Positions 61,329 to 64,000 of a stretch of 64,000 bases of DNA are shown one piece after another; position 1 is the stretch's first letter, and each line of letters opens with the position of its first letter. The notes under the pieces were generated by a model. The model worked only from the letters and a program-made list of their open reading frames with translations. It searched no databases and was not told the origin of the DNA. The translations under genes and the position numbers were made by a program. Source of the stretch: Longimicrobiales bacterium (lineage in GTDB: Bacteria; Gemmatimonadota; Gemmatimonadetes; Longimicrobiales; Gaopeijiaceae); the NCBI GenBank assembly GCA_965249725.1, contig CBDFMQ010000002.1:1-64000 (forward strand), written 5' to 3'.

Positions 61329-62606
61329 ATGAGCACGTCCCTCGGCCGGCGTGAATTTGCACGCCTGTTTGCTTTGGGCGGGTCCGCCGCCCTGTTCGGA
61401 CATCCGGCCCTGGCCGGTGTCCGTCCGACACCTCTCTCTGCGGCGGAGCTCCGTCGGGAAGCACCCGACTGGGCCAGGATTCGCGAGCAGTTCCTGATGC
61501 CGCCGGAGCTGTCCGTGTTGAACGCGGCCAATCTTTGCCCCTCTCCGCGTGCGGTGCTCGACGCGGTTTATCGGGACACGGAGCGGCTGAATCGCGAGCC
61601 CGTGCCCAGCTACCGGACCGAGATGCACGGGGTGAAGGAGGGGACGAGGGAAGTGTTGGCCCGTCATCTCCGTGCGTCTCCCGAGGAGATTCTCGTCACT
61701 CGGAACACCAGCGAGGCCAACAACTGGGTCTCGAACGGACTGGACCTGGGTTCCGGTGACGAGGTCCTCATCTTTGCCGACAATCATCCGAGCAACAATC
61801 GGGCGTGGAAGGGGAAGGCGGAGCGCTTCGGTTACACCGTGCGGGAAGTCGAGCAGGTGAATCCACATCCGGGTATGGAGTACTACGTAGAGGCGTTCGA
61901 GAGAGCGATCACGCCGCGCACCCGGGTGATCGCGTTCACGCATTTGACCAGCTCGGTCGGGGACCTCTTCCCGGCGCGGGAGTTGTGCCGCCTGGCGAGC
62001 GAGCGAGGGATCGTCTCGGTCGTGGATGGAGCGCAGTCTTTCGGGCTCGTCGACGTCGATCTCTCGGACCTGCAGCCCGACTTCTATTCGGGGAGTGCAC
62101 ACAAGTGGCCGTGCGGCCCCAAGGAGAACCCTGTGCTGTTCGTCAACGCGCGCGTTCAGGACCGCTTCTGGCCATCCATCTACAGCGCCTACTCGGGTCG
62201 GGTAGGACTGTCCCGGACGCATGAGGGGTTGGGGCAACGTGACGAGCCCGCCATCAAGGCGTTCGGCAGCCAGTTGACCTTCCTCGAGGAGATAGGCCAG
62301 GCGGCCATCGAAGCGCGCAGCCACGAGTTGACGGACGCGTTGATCGAGGGACTGGGGGCCATCGACGACGTCACGATCTGGACCTCGCCCGACCCCTCGC
62401 TGCGCCTGGCGGTTTGTTCGTTCCGGCCCGGCGGCCTCGAGTCGCGAAAGGTTATCGCCGCGCTGGAGGAGGACGGGATCGTCGCTGCCGGACGGGGCGA
62501 TGGAGATCGAGGCGGGGTCCGGTTCTCGCCGCACTTCTACAACACGTTCGAGGACATCGATCGGGCCGTGTCGAGCATCGAGCGGTATGTGAGGACGGGC
62601 CTCTAA
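61329..62606 (+). CDS. Tat-exported class V aminotransferase (isopenicillin N epimerase-like)
   Basis: GRREF, TRNTSEAN, VDGAQSFG, SAHKWPCGP, RFSPHFYN. Confidence 0.9.
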   Translation: MSTSLGRREFARLFALGGSAALFGHPALAGVRPTPLSAAELRREAPDWARIREQFLMPPELSVLNAANLCPSPRAVLDAVYRDTERLNREPVPSYRTEMHGVKEGTREVLARHLRASPEEILVTRNTSEANNWVSNGLDLGSGDEVLIFADNHPSNNRAWKGKAERFGYTVREVEQVNPHPGMEYYVEAFERAITPRTRVIAFTHLTSSVGDLFPARELCRLASERGIVSVVDGAQSFGLVDVDLSDLQPDFYSGSAHKWPCGPKENPVLFVNARVQDRFWPSIYSAYSGRVGLSRTHEGLGQRDEPAIKAFGSQLTFLEEIGQAAIEARSHELTDALIEGLGAIDDVTIWTSPDPSLRLAVCSFRPGGLESRKVIAALEEDGIVAAGRGDGDRGGVRFSPHFYNTFEDIDRAVSSIERYVRTGL

Positions 62607-62619
62607 GCGCTCTCCCCGC

Positions 62620-62667
62620 TCAGGTATCGTGTCAGGTAGCGTGTCAGGTATCGTGTCAGGTAGCGTG
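62620..62667. repeat. Tandem repeat (TCAGGTAKCGTG) x4
   Basis: Alternating T/G variants, equivalent to a perfect 24-mer x2. Confidence 0.9.
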
Positions 62668-62866
62668 GGTGTCGGAGTCGTCCGGGGCACATTCCTGGTA
62701 GTCTGGTGCAACCCGTAGCTCCCCATACTTGACGGCGGGTGCCGAGTGAGGGCCGCGCAGACGAGTGTTGAAAGCCGGGGTCTCTAGGAGCAGTTTAGGC
62801 TCAGAACATCGCCCGGCTCGGTCAGAGGCGCTAATTCGACACACGCTTCTGGAGAGAAGACGGCTC

Positions 62867-64000
62867 ATGCGCGACCGCCTGCTAGTGACTGCGATCGTCT
62901 CGGTTTCGGCGTTGGCACTTTCCCCCGGGGGACTCGCGGCTCAGGCTCCGACTTCTCAACGCGCCGAATGCGGCGGCCCCTGCATGAAGGTACGGGCCGT
63001 GCGCATCGCGAACGCTCCGACCATCGACGGTGCGATCGACGAGGCGATGTGGCAACAGATCGAGCCGATTTCTGAATTTCGCCAACGGGAGCCGGTCGAC
63101 GGTGGGGAGCCGTCTGAACGCACCGAGGTGCGGATCGCCTACGATGACAACAACCTCTATTTCGGCCTGAAGCTCTTCGACTCCGAGCCGGACAAGATCA
63201 TCGCCACCATTCTCGAAAGAGAAGGGAAGGTCCCGTTCGACGATCGTGTGGCGATCGGGCTGGATACGTTCAACGACGACCGCAACGGATACATGTTCGG
63301 AATGAACGTCTTCGGTACGCAGGAAGACGGGCAGTTCACCGACGAAGAGATCAACCACGGCGAGGACTGGAAGTGGGAGGGGGTCTACCGGAGCGAAGGC
63401 CGCGTCACCGAAGAGGGTTGGGAGCTCGAGGTGGCGATTCCGTTCACCACGATCCGTTTCCCGGCGAGCGACCCCCTGGTCATGGGCATGGTCCTCTACC
63501 GGTCGATCCGACGGAAGAACGAAGAAGTTCTTTGGCCTCACATCCCGCAACGATATCGCGCGGGCTTCTACCAGGCCTCTCAGTGGGCCGACCTGGAGGG
63601 CCTCGTGGACGTCCAACGGGGCCGCAACCTCGAAGTGAAGCCTTTCGCCATCGCCAGCGCCCAGAAGTTCTCGACGGAGCCGGAGACGGATGTACTCCGC
63701 GACCTCGGGGTGGACGTGAAGTACTCCCTCACCTCCAACCTCACTCTCGACCTCACCTGGAACACGGACTTTGCGCAGGTCGAGGCGGACAACGCCCAGG
63801 TCAACCTCACTCGCTTCAGCCTCTTCTTTCCCGAGAAGCGAGAGTTCTTCCTCGAGAGAGCAGGGGAGTTCACCTTCGGTGAGGCCCGCTCGACAGAGGT
63901 CTTCTTCAGCCGTCGCATCGGGATTTCCAACGACATCTTGGGCGGGGGGCGTTTGACGGGTCAGGTGGGGCCGTTCTCCATCGGCCTGCTCAACCTCCAG
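62867..64000 (+). CDS. CBM9-like/DUF5916 outer-membrane protein (partial, runs off the window)
   Basis: Own translation: MRDRLLV..PTIDG..RTEVRIAYD..EVAIPF..NTDFAQVEAD..FFPEKREFFLE..FFSRRIG. Confidence 0.88.
   Translation, partial: MRDRLLVTAIVSVSALALSPGGLAAQAPTSQRAECGGPCMKVRAVRIANAPTIDGAIDEAMWQQIEPISEFRQREPVDGGEPSERTEVRIAYDDNNLYFGLKLFDSEPDKIIATILEREGKVPFDDRVAIGLDTFNDDRNGYMFGMNVFGTQEDGQFTDEEINHGEDWKWEGVYRSEGRVTEEGWELEVAIPFTTIRFPASDPLVMGMVLYRSIRRKNEEVLWPHIPQRYRAGFYQASQWADLEGLVDVQRGRNLEVKPFAIASAQKFSTEPETDVLRDLGVDVKYSLTSNLTLDLTWNTDFAQVEADNAQVNLTRFSLFFPEKREFFLERAGEFTFGEARSTEVFFSRRIGISNDILGGGRLTGQVGPFSIGLLNLQ

Noticed and set aside
14126..62667. Short tandem repeats as CRISPR arrays
   Set aside because: Units are 12-13 bp with no spacers, and no cas genes are present

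Overview
GC-rich bacterial chromosome segment. The gene content (Ser/Thr kinase-PD40, SusC-like, DUF5916, paired pilins, many secreted peptidases and amidohydrolases) suggests Gemmatimonadota; this is an inference. A short housekeeping block (erpA/iscA-like, MBL hydrolase, purN, purH) ends at tRNA-Ser(TGA), and about 60 kb of accessory genes follow. The main hidden structure is a degraded integron cassette array with no integrase in the window (CALIN-like, ~5.6-9.7 kb). It has one complete attC site and two identical attC right halves. It is hit by three IS families: an IS110/IS1111 remnant abutting an attC L' box, an IS3-family element with subterminal inverted repeats splitting a cytochrome c cassette gene, and an IS481 element just upstream of the intact attC. 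The rest holds a VapBC-type toxin-antitoxin pair, a GDPD + PhnDCEE-type ABC operon ending in a membrane-anchored HIRAN protein, two type IV pilins with a sigma54-like promoter, a TRAP operon, and many hydrolases. At least seven truncated or internally deleted gene remnants are also present. No CRISPR array, rRNA, prophage or reverse transcriptase was seen. All assignments come from motif recognition by eye; no database searches were run.
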